Positions 51,287 to 63,803 of a stretch of DNA of 64,000 nt are shown here, piece by piece (the first letter of the stretch is position 1; each line of letters begins with the position of its first letter). The position numbers were made by a program, and so were the translations under genes. Source of the stretch: Eledone cirrhosa (taxonomy: Eukaryota); NCBI GenBank assembly GCA_964016885.1, contig OZ024760.1, positions 4,464,001 to 4,528,000 of the forward strand, written 5' to 3'. The notes below the pieces were generated by a model. It had not been told where the DNA came from and did no database searches. It saw only the letters and a program-made list of their open reading frames with translations.

Positions 51287-54200
51287 ATGTCCGCTATCGC
51301 AGAACCATCCAGCTCCGCTGCCAGTGGCTCTCCAAGTAAAGAAAGGTAAGCTGCTGCTCTCAACTTGTCAAATGTGATATAATCACAGAAAGGTGACAAA
51401 CGCCATTGTGAAATCGTGTATTAATTATGAAGAATTTAAGATAATTTATATTAAACATTACAAGCAGAAATCTCAGAACATCCGACTTCACCACCATCAC
51501 CATCAAATCACCGATGAGAGTGGAACCACTTCTCTCTTCTTATTTTCCCGGCAATCTTGATTCGAGTTCCGCCGGCGAGCTTATTTGTTACTCCTTTCTC
51601 TCAAATTGCTGCTTATATTATCAAATATCGCCATTACAGAATAGTATCACTTCTATAAACAATAACAGAGACACATATACACATATATATAGTTTTTTAA
51701 AAGCCTGCATGATTTCGTTACTCAACAATTCCCTTTGTACTACAACAAAGACAAGCTTAACCAAAGATTTCACTTCCTTTTTCTTTCCAATTTCTCGCAT
51801 GTTTATTTTTTCATAAACCTATTAGTTTTTATACATATGTTATTAAATTCTAGTTAACCTACGTGTATCTACAAAAATAATTAAATTATCTAAATACCTT
51901 CCCGTTCGTTACTTCTTTATCTCCAACAAACAGCTTAGCCACACTTGTTCTATATAAATTTTAAGTTCGGTTAAAAATAGGCTTTATTTTATTTTGTATC
52001 ATTTTTTAGTAAATTTGTTATTAAACACATCTCCGAGACCATTAGGTTTCGTTTTTCCTATGTTGATGTATTTCCAACGAATATGGCCTTCAAAACCGTC
52101 AGAAATCACTGTTTATCTGTGGTTCTCCCACTTGAGAAATCTATTTAGCTCGTCTCTGAGATGGATATAACAATAAAAATTTACCGGAAAATATACGCCT
52201 AACTCTTCATTTCTCTATAAACCCTCTCCAACCTTAAGATTTCTTTAAATTCAGGAGAAAATTACCTGGGGTGTTTTGTTGCGGTCCTTTATCGAGGGCG
52301 GCGTTTACCTTCCATACTTTCTAAATCGATAAAATAAAAGTAACAATGAAGTACCAAAGGCGATTTAATATTCCTGTTATCGATCCTAAATGTGAATGAA
52401 ATTATAATAAACAAGAAATTTTAAGTTGAGTTCCCGCTTTCAGATCAGATCTGAAGAAGGCTTATCGATTTAGGAAATACCATGAACTAACTGCCTTTCA
52501 AATTCTGATGTTTATATTTATATATAAATGAACTGATGATTAGGCCGCCTAAGAACATTTCTTTCTCGTTTCCTGAGTTCAAATCCTGCGGAGGTCAACT
52601 TTGCTTTTCATCCTTCCGGGTCCAATAGAATAAATAAAGTACCAGTCAAGTACCTATAGTCGATATAATCGACTTAGCTTTACTCCACCTCCTAAATTGC
52701 TGGTCTTGTGCCAACTTTCCCTTTCATCTTCCGAGATCGATAAAATATCGTTTTAGGGATTGATATAATCGACTTTTCCTTCTTAGAATTGCAAACCTTG
52801 TGTCTAAATCAGAAATGGCGCTTTACGTTCTGAGTTCAAATCCTGCCGAGGTTAAATTTTCTTTTCATCCTTACGAAGTCGATAAAATAAAGCACTAGTA
52901 ATGCATGCACTGGGTCGATTTAATCGACTTTCTCCAACAAATTGCTGGCCTTCTGCCTATAGTAGGAATCTTTATTAATCCGTTATCGACGTTCGATTCC
53001 CACCTGGAGTTACCATTCTTCCATTTAATCATCGTGGGAAAGATATGAATGACTCAATATTACTTCAAAACATATCACAGGTGGGGAGCTAAATTCAGCA
53101 GGATTTTGTTTAATTTAAACTAGTATCACAGATTATCCGATGTTTTATTTCATTTATCATTTATCGCTTAACTTCTATCTATACAGCCTCTAAGTTTGTA
53201 CGAAGATCGGCTGAAAGGTTCATAGGTTGACCAAGATACTCATGGAATGACCAATTGAGGTTTATTTTTTAGCATAGTCCTTGGAAAGAAACAATGCAGT
53301 TATTAAGAAGAGTTAAAATTAATGCATGCGAGATTTCACAGCTCTAACATCACTCATTTATAGTCAGTCTATGAACTTTTTAGCTGATTCACGTATATGG
53401 TTGTTTGACAGCTGTATGTGTGGACTCAAAACTTCCGGTGGAGTGTTAGGGGCGCTGTACTGGGATACAGTGGAACTCGAGCATTTAAAACCTGGCTGAG
53501 CCCATCTCTCTCCTGGTTTGAATACAGTTGATTTCTTCTACTGAAGGAAAGACAGTATTGGAGGGCAACTGAGAAAGAGATATAGAGGAAGAATCGACTC
53601 CAGTTCTGAACAGTTTTTTTAATTTTTTATCGACCTCTGTCGTAGAGGTTGAGTAACTGATCAAATTTGTAATATGAAGCCTAGCCCTCCAGTAGAGAGA
53701 ATAAACAAGATATTTTTACTTCACTGTGTAAGTGGTTGAGTATGTGTGTTGTCCGAATGAGTGTCCTCCACCTCGTGGGTCTAACAACTGCGGGCAGCCA
53801 ATTTCGTACCAATAGCAGTGAGCAGGGATATGGTCCAGGGGTCAAGAACGCCGGAAGTTTCCATTGCTGCAAGCTCTACCACAAACCTATCGGAGTAGCC
53901 AATACTTGGCCAGTTTAGCCTGGTGGACAGCGAAGCCTGGGCTGGTAGCTCAACGCACCAGACGTAGAGTTCAATGATCAAAGCCTTTCCAGATGTAACC
54001 ATCACAATCTTTTTCTTCTCTCTCTAAAGTATCTATAATCATAACCAATGTCTTCTCATTCCAATTTGGTATGGTGAGATTTGACTGCTATTCTAGCAGG
54101 TAGAGCAATCACGTAAACAAATTGGTGTAAAGTGGTGTCAAATGCACAATAACATGTGGAAGAGGTGAGACGGGAGTTTCTGAAATAATGTGTACCATAT

Positions 54201-57200
54201 AAGTAATGCCAAATACACAATAATATATGGAAGCAGGAATTTCTGACAGTAATGTACTATCAAAGTTGCCTTGGTGTAAAAGTAATAAAGTAAAACCTGA
54301 GGTTTGTTCTCATTAACATTATTTTCAAATGGTCTCTTTAGATATTCAGATTGCTCCCCTGTGGGGTGTGCGCCCCACGTTGGGAATCACTGATCTAAAC
54401 AATATAATTCCATGTCAAAGAATGATTTACTGTATATACTCGAATATGTGACCAAAAGATTGATGTTAAAATGGGTGTTGGCTTATATTTGGGGCCAATA
54501 TTTGTGCTGATTAGTTGCCTCAGCTTATAAACAGGATTTGAATTTTTGCCCATTTCTCAGACATAAAATGGAAGGTAGGTTTATTGACAGTTTATGAGCT
54601 GTTTGCCCAGTCCTTTTCGTCATGTTGCTACTGTTTAATCCCAGGCCTGCTTTGATCCAGCAGCCCTATGATCAAAAGTGTTCTATCTTTTAACCAGTTT
54701 TTATTTAGCTTGTATATCGCATTATTCAATGTGTCTTTAACTCTTAATATCTTGTACTGCCTGAATTTTCAGCCAACCCTAATATATATTTTTTTCAGCC
54801 AACCCTAATAATATATATTTTTTTCCTTGTTCTTTCCTTGCAGAGTCGAGGTGATGTCAAAGGCTGTGAATCTGATGGGTCAAGGGAAAAGGAATCTAAT
54901 CTGTGGAGATGTGCCAATGGCCGTTACCCAATTTGAAGAATCTTGTCAAATTCTGTAAATATGTTTTTGTTACTATTAACCTTTTAGCATTACATTATAC
55001 TACATTTACTATTATATTTTTGCGGTAAAGGTTTTACCTCGCAAAATATCGAATCTATGAGATTTTGATATTTCTTATTTTGAGAACCATACCTTGATCT
55101 CAGTGTGAGTGGCTGGTTATGGCTGATTTGAACAGTAAGAGGTGAGAGAATTCTGGCCAGATCGGGGCAGTTTAAATGCTAAAGATCCTGACTGCTGATT
55201 GCTGTATTTTTTTTTTCTTTTACTAATGGTTTAAATAAAACAAGGTTAAGTTAAAGTGGGGGCTGTGTCCACTGGATGTAGTAGCTGTGTTGGTACTAGA
55301 CAGTATTTTACTATTGAATTGGATTATCTTAGCTAAATCTGTATGTCTAAGCATAAATATCCACACCCTATACCAGTGGTTCATGAACCACTGGTGGTCT
55401 GTAGAAAAATTTGGGCATTATTTGCAATTTTTGTTTTATTAATAATAAAACAAAAATAATATTCGGTTAAAAATATATTTTATAACACCCCTAAAAAATG
55501 TTTCTCCTCAGTAAAGATCTAACATCCAAGAAAGAATTTTACACATGTATGATCTACTGACAATATGAAACATGCATGCTTCAATATTGTTTCGACCATT
55601 AATTCATATTAGTGGTACCGTCTAACCCATGCCAGCGTGAAAGATGGACGTTAAACGAAGATGATGATGATTATGGTCTGTGGGATTTAAAATTATGAAG
55701 GTCCGAAAAGTTGGTGACTGCTGCCCTCTACCATCGCTACCTCAATTATGTAATGTCTGAACAATATGGGAGAACATTCTCTGGCATGCAGAACTCCTGG
55801 TGCAAGCTACCTCATGGCCGCAGCAGATAATGGAGTAAGTGTTATCCTGGGGAGTAGCGAGGAAGACACATTGAAATAGCCATTCCAACTTGCAGCAGGG
55901 GCTCACTCTTGTGGCTGGCAAACTACTGTGAGTAGGGAGAGGGTTTAGGGATTTAAAAAAGCCAGAAGTTTTTCCCTGTTACAGGTTCAGCAACAAGCCT
56001 ATCAGAAAACAGCTTGCTGTTAACCTTTTAGCATTTACATTACTCAATAAATTCTATTGTATTTTTGTGGTAAAAGCTTTATCTTACTTAATATCAAATC
56101 TGAGATTTTGATGTTATTTATTTTGATAACAATACATTAATATCAGTATGAGTGGCCTGTTACAGCCGGTTTGAACCGAAAGAGGTGAGAGAATTCTGGC
56201 TGGATATAGCCAGTTTAAATGCTAAAGGGTTAAAGTAGTTTAAGGACCCAGAACTCCAAAAGTCTCCACCAATTTAGATTCAACAATGACCTATCGGAAA
56301 GCAGCTGGGCTGCAAAGCCTGGGTCTAGAGAAAGTGTTGTGTCCTCGAAGAGTAGCTTACCACTGTGGAATGAAAAGATTCTGATGCCATTTTGTTTATT
56401 CTTTGCTTTCTTTATTTGACAGGGCCAAGTGCTATGGAGAGATGGCATTTGAGTGTGCCCCTGCCTACTTCTCCTATGGGCATGCTCTGTTAGAATTGGC
56501 CAGGCTGGACTCCAAGGTTATAGAAAGTCTTGAAGGTAAGTTGAAATGGATGTTAATCCTTATCACCCCTGTTTAACATCTATTTTCCATGTTGCATGGA
56601 TTAGACCAGTAATGGATGTTAAATGATATTACTAATGCTATCTTAGCAATGAAATAATTTATAATTTTACTAAATCCTTCCTAATTCTTTGGTAGTTAAT
56701 TGAAATACAGTGTACATCATAAATATGGTAGTGAAAGGCTTAAAATGTTTGTTTGTGTAGCTGAAGCTGCTGCTGCTGAAGCGGAGGAGGAGGATGATGA
56801 CGATGATGATGATGAAGAGGAAGGTGAAGATGGAGAAAATGATAAATCTGAAAAAGATTCAGGCAAGTCTCTTATACTTCTATTAGTTGCAATGAAAGCC
56901 TCGGGTGTATTGATTGATATGTTACATAGATAAGGACTGACCTCTTACCCTGGGTAGACTGGAACTCGGGTTCTGTTACATAGATGAATGACCATTTCCC
57001 CTGGATAGAATGTACCTCTGAGGTTCTCTGTTACATAGATAAGGGCTGACTGCTTTCCCTGGCTAGAATGGACCTCTCAGCTTCTGTTACATAGAGAAAT
57101 GATCTCTTCCCATGGGTAGACTTAACCTCACAGCTTCTGTTACATAGATAAATGACTGCTTCCCCTGGGTAGAATGTACCTCTGGGGTTCTCTATTACAT

Positions 57201-57870
57201 AGATGAACGACCGCTTCCCCTGGGTAGAATTGACCTCTCAGCTTCTGTTACATAGATAAATGACTGCTTCCCCTGGGTAGAATGTACCTCTGGGGTTCTC
57301 TATTACATAGATGAACGACCGCTTCCCCTGGGTAGAATTGACCTCTCAGCTTCTGTTACATAGATAAATGACTGCTTCCCCTGGGTAGAATGGACCTCTC
57401 ACTACAAGCTTCATGCTTGTAGTGGCAATGGTACGTTTTGTTTTAGATAAAAATCAGCTGTTTTTATAATGATCGTTTCCCCTGGGTAGACTGAAACTCA
57501 GGTTCTGTTACATAGATGAATGACTGCATACCCTGGGTAGAATGTACTCCATTGGGTTTTCTGTAATGGTTTTTTTTTTTTTTTTTTTTTTTTTCTCCAT
57601 TTAATTTTGTTCTAATTTTAATTAAATTAGATATTTACAATAAAAATGAAAAAGAAAAAATTAGATAACAAATGTGAAGGGGTGGATGGGGTATATCTCA
57701 ACTGCACCCCATAGACAAGACTACAAGGGCATTGTTGCAAAGTGAATGGAACGAACGCCTTCTAACAACTCTGCCATTTAAGCTGCTTCATATAAATGTA
57801 TGTCTATATATTTGTGTGTATGTTTGAAAGCATTCTATCCAATGCTTTTTACTCTGACAAATCACTGCCT

Positions 57871-57903
<33 letters not shown>

Positions 57904-60900
57904 TTGGAAGCATCTATCAATTTTGCCACCTTACACGCACACGCACGCGCGCATGTGTATATGTAAAAGGTAAACAGAAATAACACCATCGATACAGTAT
58001 ATGAAAGGAATATATTAGTTTAACGCTTGAAAGAGCAGGAAGAGGGTCTTAACGTTTCAGACACTAGTCAATCATCAGAAGAAAGAATGAGAAATTAAAA
58101 AGATTGAAGGTACAGGCATGGTGGAATCAGAAACACTTTTATTAGAGAAAAATAAGAAGTCCATTCATGTTGCCATCTCTTGGAAAACTTGATGCTGGCC
58201 TTTGTGTGTGTGTGTGTGTGCTTGGATATGTGTGTTTTGGTACATTCTACCTGATGTTCTAACAATTCTACCAGTTTGGTGCTTTATACAAATATGTGCA
58301 TCTTTGTATTTGTGTTTGTTTCTAACAGAAAAAGATGGTACTTCCAAAGCAGATGAAGGAACTGGAGATGACGATCGCACAGATAATTCCGAGTCTCTGT
58401 CCTCACAAGACGAGGTTGTTGACAATCAGGAGAAACCAGAACAAAAGGACCCAGATGAAGATGAACATGTGAGTTAGATTACCACATCATATATATACTT
58501 ATGTATAAGTCACACTTTTCCCTCACAAAAAATACATTTAGCCCTTTAGCATTTAATCCAGCTGTATCTGGCCAGAATTCTCTCATCTCTTTCTGTTGAA
58601 ACTGGCTGCAACCAACTAAATCAATAGCGGTGCCCCAGCATGGTCTTAGACTGTCAGCTGGAACATGTAAAAGAGTAAATTACAGCTATTGTACATCTAT
58701 TAATTTTTTTTTTTTTCTCTCTCACTGAAAACTTTTCATCCACCCCTGAATTCAGCCCTCACCTCAACCACCAACAGATTGTGGTTATATGAACTACCTG
58801 ATGCTTAGTAACTTTTCTATTTCAAAGGATGCTGGTAATGATGTTACAAATCTACAATTGGCCTGGGAGAGTCTGGAGCTTGCTAAAATAATATATTTAA
58901 AGTAGGTTTGTTTTGTTTGCAGTAAAATTGATTTTTTTTTTTTTTTTTTTTTCCCCCACCCTTTCATATTGCGCATTTGTGTTTGTATGTTATCTATATA
59001 TCTTCTGGAATCATCATGATTGTTTATACGTGGTCTTTTTCTTGCTGGCCTGGCTTGGATATGACCTATTTGAGACAATGTTTTACAACCAGATGCCCAT
59101 TTAATCACCTCTCGCAATACCCTGGGATACATATTCTAAACTGGATTACACACAGGATCATCATCACCATTTAACATCCATTTTCCAGGCTGTTTCTGGC
59201 TGGATTCCCTTCCTGACGCCAGCCACAGTGTGGACTGGGTGCTTTTTATCGTGGCATCAACACGACCACACTAGTGTGTGCTAGGCACTTATTGTCATGA
59301 CACCAAAACAACCACTTTACATTGTGGACTAGGTGCTTTTTGTTGTGACATCAACATGACTGCTTTACGGCTTGGACAGCACTTTTTGTCGTGACATCAA
59401 CACAACCACTTTACAAGGTGGACAGGTTATTTATTTTAAAATGTGTTATTAAAACAATAGGTCTTCTTAACCTAAAATTATGGCATGAGTTTCATCTATT
59501 TGAATCTCACAGTAACTTTCATTTAATGAAAATTTGAGATGGGCAGTTTTAGGGTGGGATACTAACATAGTACCCAGAGGGATGTGGTCTTGGGGAGGCA
59601 GGAATTCTGCTGTGTATTTTATTTAGCCTTTAGCATACTAGTAATTTTTATGAGTTGTATCAGCTGATGCATATTAAGGGAAGGTTACTCATATGGTGCA
59701 TTTTATTGCATACAGCGTGCTGAAGGTTAATGACATTCTCTACCTTGTCTTTCAGGAGAAAAGATAAAGAATCACAATTGAAGGCTGCTCAGTCTTACTT
59801 AAAACTGGGTGAAGTTGGTTTGGAAACGGGTAAGTTCCATGTTAGGGCCTCGACAACCGATGTGTGATTTCATACTGCTGGGGATTGAAGTAATTAACTC
59901 TACATGTTCCGATTTTAGTAATTAGCACTCTTTAAATTATATTCTGATACAATAATTTCTTTCTTTTTGGTGTAGGTTTGTATGATCAAGCAGTAGAAGA
60001 TATCAAAGAATGTTTAAAAATTCAAAAGCAACATTTGTGTCCAGAGGAAAGAGAAATTGCTGAATCGTATCCTTTTTTTTCCATTCGGGGTCGATTTAAA
60101 GAAAAAAAAAAAGTACCAGTCTAGTAGTGGGGTCAGTTGTTTCTCTATATCTCTTTCTAGCTTTCATTCTCTCACTCTCTCTATTCTTCTCTGGAAAAAA
60201 ATCTGCTGTATTCAGACCTGGAGAGGAGATGGTTTTAAAATGTCCTCAGAACGCCAAATGTCAATGTGGCATCCCTATGACTCTCTCGGGAGTTATGGTC
60301 CATACATACATCCTTCATTTTTACCACCTTCGTTGGCATCATTTTCATGTTCATTTTTCCATGCTGGTCTGGGCTAGATCATCATCATTGTCATTTAATG
60401 TCTATTTTTCACACTTCCATGGGAAATTGGCAGTCGTTAGAATGACGGATGGAATGCTTTGTGGTATTTGTTTCGGCTCTTTGCTCTCTTTCAAATCCCG
60501 CTGAGGTTAACTTCGCCTTTCGATCTCTGGGCTCGTAAGTTGAAACCCTGCCACAGCCAACTTTCCTTCATGCTTTTGAGGTTGATGAAAAATCTACCAG
60601 TACTGCGGTTGATTCTTCCTCTATATTTCTTTCTATAGGCTCCTGCAAAATGAAGATATATATGATGCTTATGTAGGTAGATATCTTCTTCGCCAACTTA
60701 TTCCTGTGGGGGCAGAGTCCTCAAACATTCCTTCCAGCAGATCCTGTCAGAAGCAACCATCTCCAACTGATCATGGATGTTATCTAATCATCTTGCTCAG
60801 GGTGTCTACCCCTAGGTCTTTCCTACCTGTTGGTTTTGCCTGTAAAATCTGTCCAGCGTTTCTTTCCTAACCACATGCCCATAGTATCGGAGCTGTAGTC

Positions 60901-63803
60901 TCTCAATTTGGAGAAGTAATGGCTCTACCTGGAGTGATTCTCTGATCTCCGAGCTCCAAATCTGACCAGCATTTCTTTCCTGAGACATTCTAACCACATG
61001 CCCATAGTATTAAAGCTGTGGTCTCAAGTCCGAGAATTATGTAGATATGTTATATTTATTGTACATTGACAATAATGGAGACTACTGTAATAGATATGTG
61101 GGTGGTAGGAAGGACATGGTACCTCCTTGAAGAAATTATAATGTGTATTATCATTTGTGTGACTCTGTGGATACAATGGTTTCCTTGACTGTATTTTAGT
61201 TATTATCAGTTGGGTCTAGTCCATGTATTTGCCAGCAACCATGATTCCGCAGTGGAGAATTTCAAAGAAGCTGTATCAGTTATAGAAGCCAAAATAAGTA
61301 AATGAATGATTTATTTCTGTCTCTCACTCTATCTCTTTCACTTACTGTTTCGTATCTGTCTCTCTTCCACTCACTCCCTCGATCTCGTCTCTTTCGCTCG
61401 CTCGCTTACTCTATCTATTCTCTGAATCCCATAAAAAAAAATTTTAATTTCATTCCTTGTTGTTTATATCATTAAAGTTAAACTGTTCAGTACGACAATC
61501 AGGTACTTGCTATATGGAGGTAGGCTTAATCTACCACTTGGTTCAACACCAGGCCCGTGGGTGTAGGGGTGCAGTTCACTCTGTTGTAAGCATTTGATCC
61601 TCCTGGTCTTTGGCCTAAGGATAAACTCTTACCACCAGTCTTAAAGTTCTTGAATAGTTAAGCCTTTCAACCCTTCTGCTCCGAATTAAATATATACCAG
61701 TAATGATTTGAGTTGACAGCCCTTTTGTTACCATATTTCTAACGAAAGATGCTGTCTATAATTTTGAAAATAATTAGAATTTGGAGATATTTAGTACTAT
61801 CACTAACTTTTTTATTAACTCTTAGGGACCTGTACTACATAAAACCACATTAGCAAGACACTGAAATTCTTTTAGTTTACTGTGAATGTTCATATGGATA
61901 TGTTCGCTACTAAAAGTTATTTAAATTAAAATCTTCCAACATAATTTTGTTTAGTTACTTAATTAAATAATTAAGTTTAGTAAATTCTTCTTTAACCCTT
62001 TAGTATTTACATTACTCTATATATACTATTGTATTTTTGTGGTAAAGGCTTTATCTTACATAATTCTCTCACATGATATCAAGTCTACGAGATTTTGATA
62101 TTTATTTTGAGAACAATACCTAAACATCAATATGAGCGGCCAGTTACAGCTGGTTTGAATAGAAAGAGGTGAGACAATTCTGGACGAATATGGACGGTTT
62201 AAATGCTAAAAGGTGAATGAAATAATTAAGTTTAGTAAATTCTTCATTAATTGAAATAGTATTTCATTAGAAATATTGCCAGGAAGGGGTTAAAGGATAT
62301 CTACCATAAAGAAAACACTTAAATAGACGTACGTATGTTTAGTAGATGATGATAATGATATTTTGTTGTTTTTGTTTCCAGGCAAATTAAATAAATCAAT
62401 AGAACATTTAAAAGACAGTACAGGTAAGTTGTTTGTTTGCTGTTGTTCTATATGGGAATAAATATATATTTATATTTTATAATATAAATAAATATATATT
62501 TTTTTATTTTACTATATTTATATATATGTATCATTTGATATTTGATATACTATTATATCATATATATATATATATATATACATACAATATTATAATAATA
62601 TAAATAAATTTGTAGTATCCTCCCACCGCCCCATAGGCCTCAAGTGGTACCCCCACTTTGAGAACCTTTTGTCTAAACAATGTCTTTGTTCAAGTTTCAA
62701 ATGAAATCTTGTTGGAAATATTCCTCTTTCATTGTTCTGGTGTCAATAAAACTCTGGTACCAGTTATATACTAGGTTATTGATGTAGCCAACTATAAACT
62801 CTTCTACACCACTTTAAACAATTAGCCATGTTATTTAACATTTCTTTCGTTTTATTTTCCAGAAACTGCTGATGTTGAAACTGTATATAATGCTAGGACT
62901 GAGATCAAAGAATTAGAAGAAATAATTCCAGATATCACACAAAAGGTAGAAGGATCTTTGGAGTGTTATTCACTTTAACCCTTTAGTATTTAAACTGGCT
63001 GTAGCCGACCGCAATTCTCTCGCCTCTTTCTTTTCAAAGCGGCTGTAACTGGTCACTCATACCAATGTTTAGGTATTGTTCTCAAAATAAATAACATCAA
63101 AATCTCGTAGCTTCGATAAAATGTGAGATAAAGCTTGTTGTATTTTATAGGTTTCTTGGGTGTTTTAATGATAGGGATCGCAGTCTATTTTAAAATTAAT
63201 TGAAACAAACGGTATATTTCATAAGAAATACAGTAATTAAAGTGTTAACCCATTTGCTTTTAAACGGCCATGTCCGGCCAGAATTCTCTCAACTCTTTCT
63301 GTTCAAACCGGCTGTACGTGGCCACTTATACTGATGTTAAGGTATTGTTCTCAAAATAAATTTCAAAATCTCATAAATTTAATATTATGTGAGATAAAGG
63401 CTTTACCATGAAAATACAATAGTATATATCAAGTAATGTAAGTGCTAAAGGGTTAAAATTAATTGAAACCCAAACAGTATTTCATAAGAAATACAGTAAC
63501 TAAAGGGTTGTCCCTTTAGCATTTATACCGACCATTCATACTGATGTTAAAGTATTGTTCTCAAAATAAATAACATCAAAATCTCGTAGCTTCGATATTA
63601 TGTGAGAATATAACAGTGAATATAACCATGAAAATTTAACAGTATATATAATATAACTGCTTAAGGGTTAAATGTGTACATTGTAATAAACATACACAAA
63701 AATTTATTTCTATTTTTCATTTCAGATTACAGATACAGTTGAAGAAAAGAAAACTGTTGCGGATTTGAAGGCTTTTGCTAAAAAGGAGGCTGCTGAGAAA
63801 ATG
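51287..63803 (+). CDS. NASP: Nuclear autoantigenic sperm protein (SHNi-TPR H3/H4/H1 histone chaperone), 3'-incomplete at window end
   Basis: Exons 51287-51345 (MSAIAEPSSSAASGSPSKER), 54844-54954 (VEVMSKAVNLMGQGKRNLICGDVPMAVTQFEESCQIL), 56423-56535 (AKCYGEMAFECAPAYFSYGHALLELARLDSKVIESLE), 56761-56862 and 58329-58468 (acidic D/E tract), 58828-58901 (DAGNDVTNLQLAWESLELAKIIYLK), 59756-59829 (RKDKESQLKAAQSYLKLGEVGLET), 59976-60066 (GLYDQAVEDIKECLKIQKQHLCPEEREIAES), 61200-61297 (YYQLGLVHVFASNHDSAVENFKEAVSVIEAKI), 62382-62423, 62863-62945 (EIKELEEIIPDITQK), 63726-63803. All phases are compatible. Motifs YGE..ECA.A.F.YG..LLELAR, NLQLAWE.LELAK, LKLGEV.LE and AE.YYQLGL are typical of NASP/N1N2. Confidence 0.95.
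53201..53393. mobile_element. Mariner-like MITE
   Basis: TA-flanked imperfect TIRs CGAAGATCGGCTGAAAGGTTCATAGGTTGA / TCAGTCTATGAACTTTTTAGCTGATTCACG. Confidence 0.65.
55374..55723. mobile_element. hAT MITE with nested RTE tail
   Basis: CAGTGGTTCA...TGACTGCTG termini, TSD CCCTATAC/CCCTCTAC, and an RTE 3' end inserted at about 55615-55670. Confidence 0.6.
56920..57545. repeat. Minisatellite, about 55-bp unit, in the NASP GC-AG intron
   Basis: About 10 copies of CTGTTACATAGAT.AA.GAC.GCTTCCCCTGGGTAGAAT..ACCTCT.., with two alternating variants in the centre. Confidence 0.9.
57965..58260 (-). mobile_element. Penelope-like element end carrying a minimal hammerhead ribozyme motif (second copy 8150-8440)
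   Basis: Minus strand 58082-58047: TCTT-CTGATGA-ttGACtagtGTCt-GAAA-CGTT-AAGA, with stem I UCUU/AAGA and a palindromic ACGU minimal stem III. The flanks are homologous to 8150-8440. Confidence 0.55.
60067..61199 (+). other. U12-type (minor spliceosome) GT-AG intron in NASP
   Basis: 5' splice site GTATCCTTT at 60067. Branch site TTCCTTGAC (61181-61189) lies about 10 nt from AG 61198-61199, without a long polypyrimidine tract. The reading frame joins correctly (TC|T = Ser). Confidence 0.9.
60690..61010 (-). mobile_element. RTE-like LINE 3' fragment inside the NASP U12 intron (related fragment at 1-330)
   Basis: EIRESLQVEPLLLQIERLQLRYYGHVVR motif. Nucleotide similarity to 1-170 (e.g. AAATCTG.CCAGC..TTCTTTCCT, TTCTAACCACAT). 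Confidence 0.6.

Larger units (their letters stand above)
56863..58328 (+). other. GC-AG intron in NASP
   Basis: CAG|GCAAGT donor with otherwise perfect consensus. The phase-1 join G|AA (Glu) keeps the frame into the 58329 exon. Confidence 0.75.
10618..63670. repeat. Dispersed piggyBac-type MITE family (about 170-220 bp, CCCTTTAGCATTTA...TAAATGCTAAAGGG, TTAA target)
   Basis: Approximate copies or fragments at 10618-10814, 11856-12030, 13785-13891, 31855-31977, 32589-32758, 33567-33735, 33795-33995, 38535-38600, 40533-40700, 40853-41037, 41201-41437, 43361-43540, 54977-55183, 56019-56233, 58539-58610, 61993-62215, 62976-63130, 63244-63455 and 63511-63670. Termini are shared with the piggyBac at 34493. 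Confidence 0.85.

Noticed and set aside
56920-57545. CRISPR-like array
   Set aside because: The units are contiguous with no unique spacers, it lies in a eukaryotic intron, and there are no cas genes.
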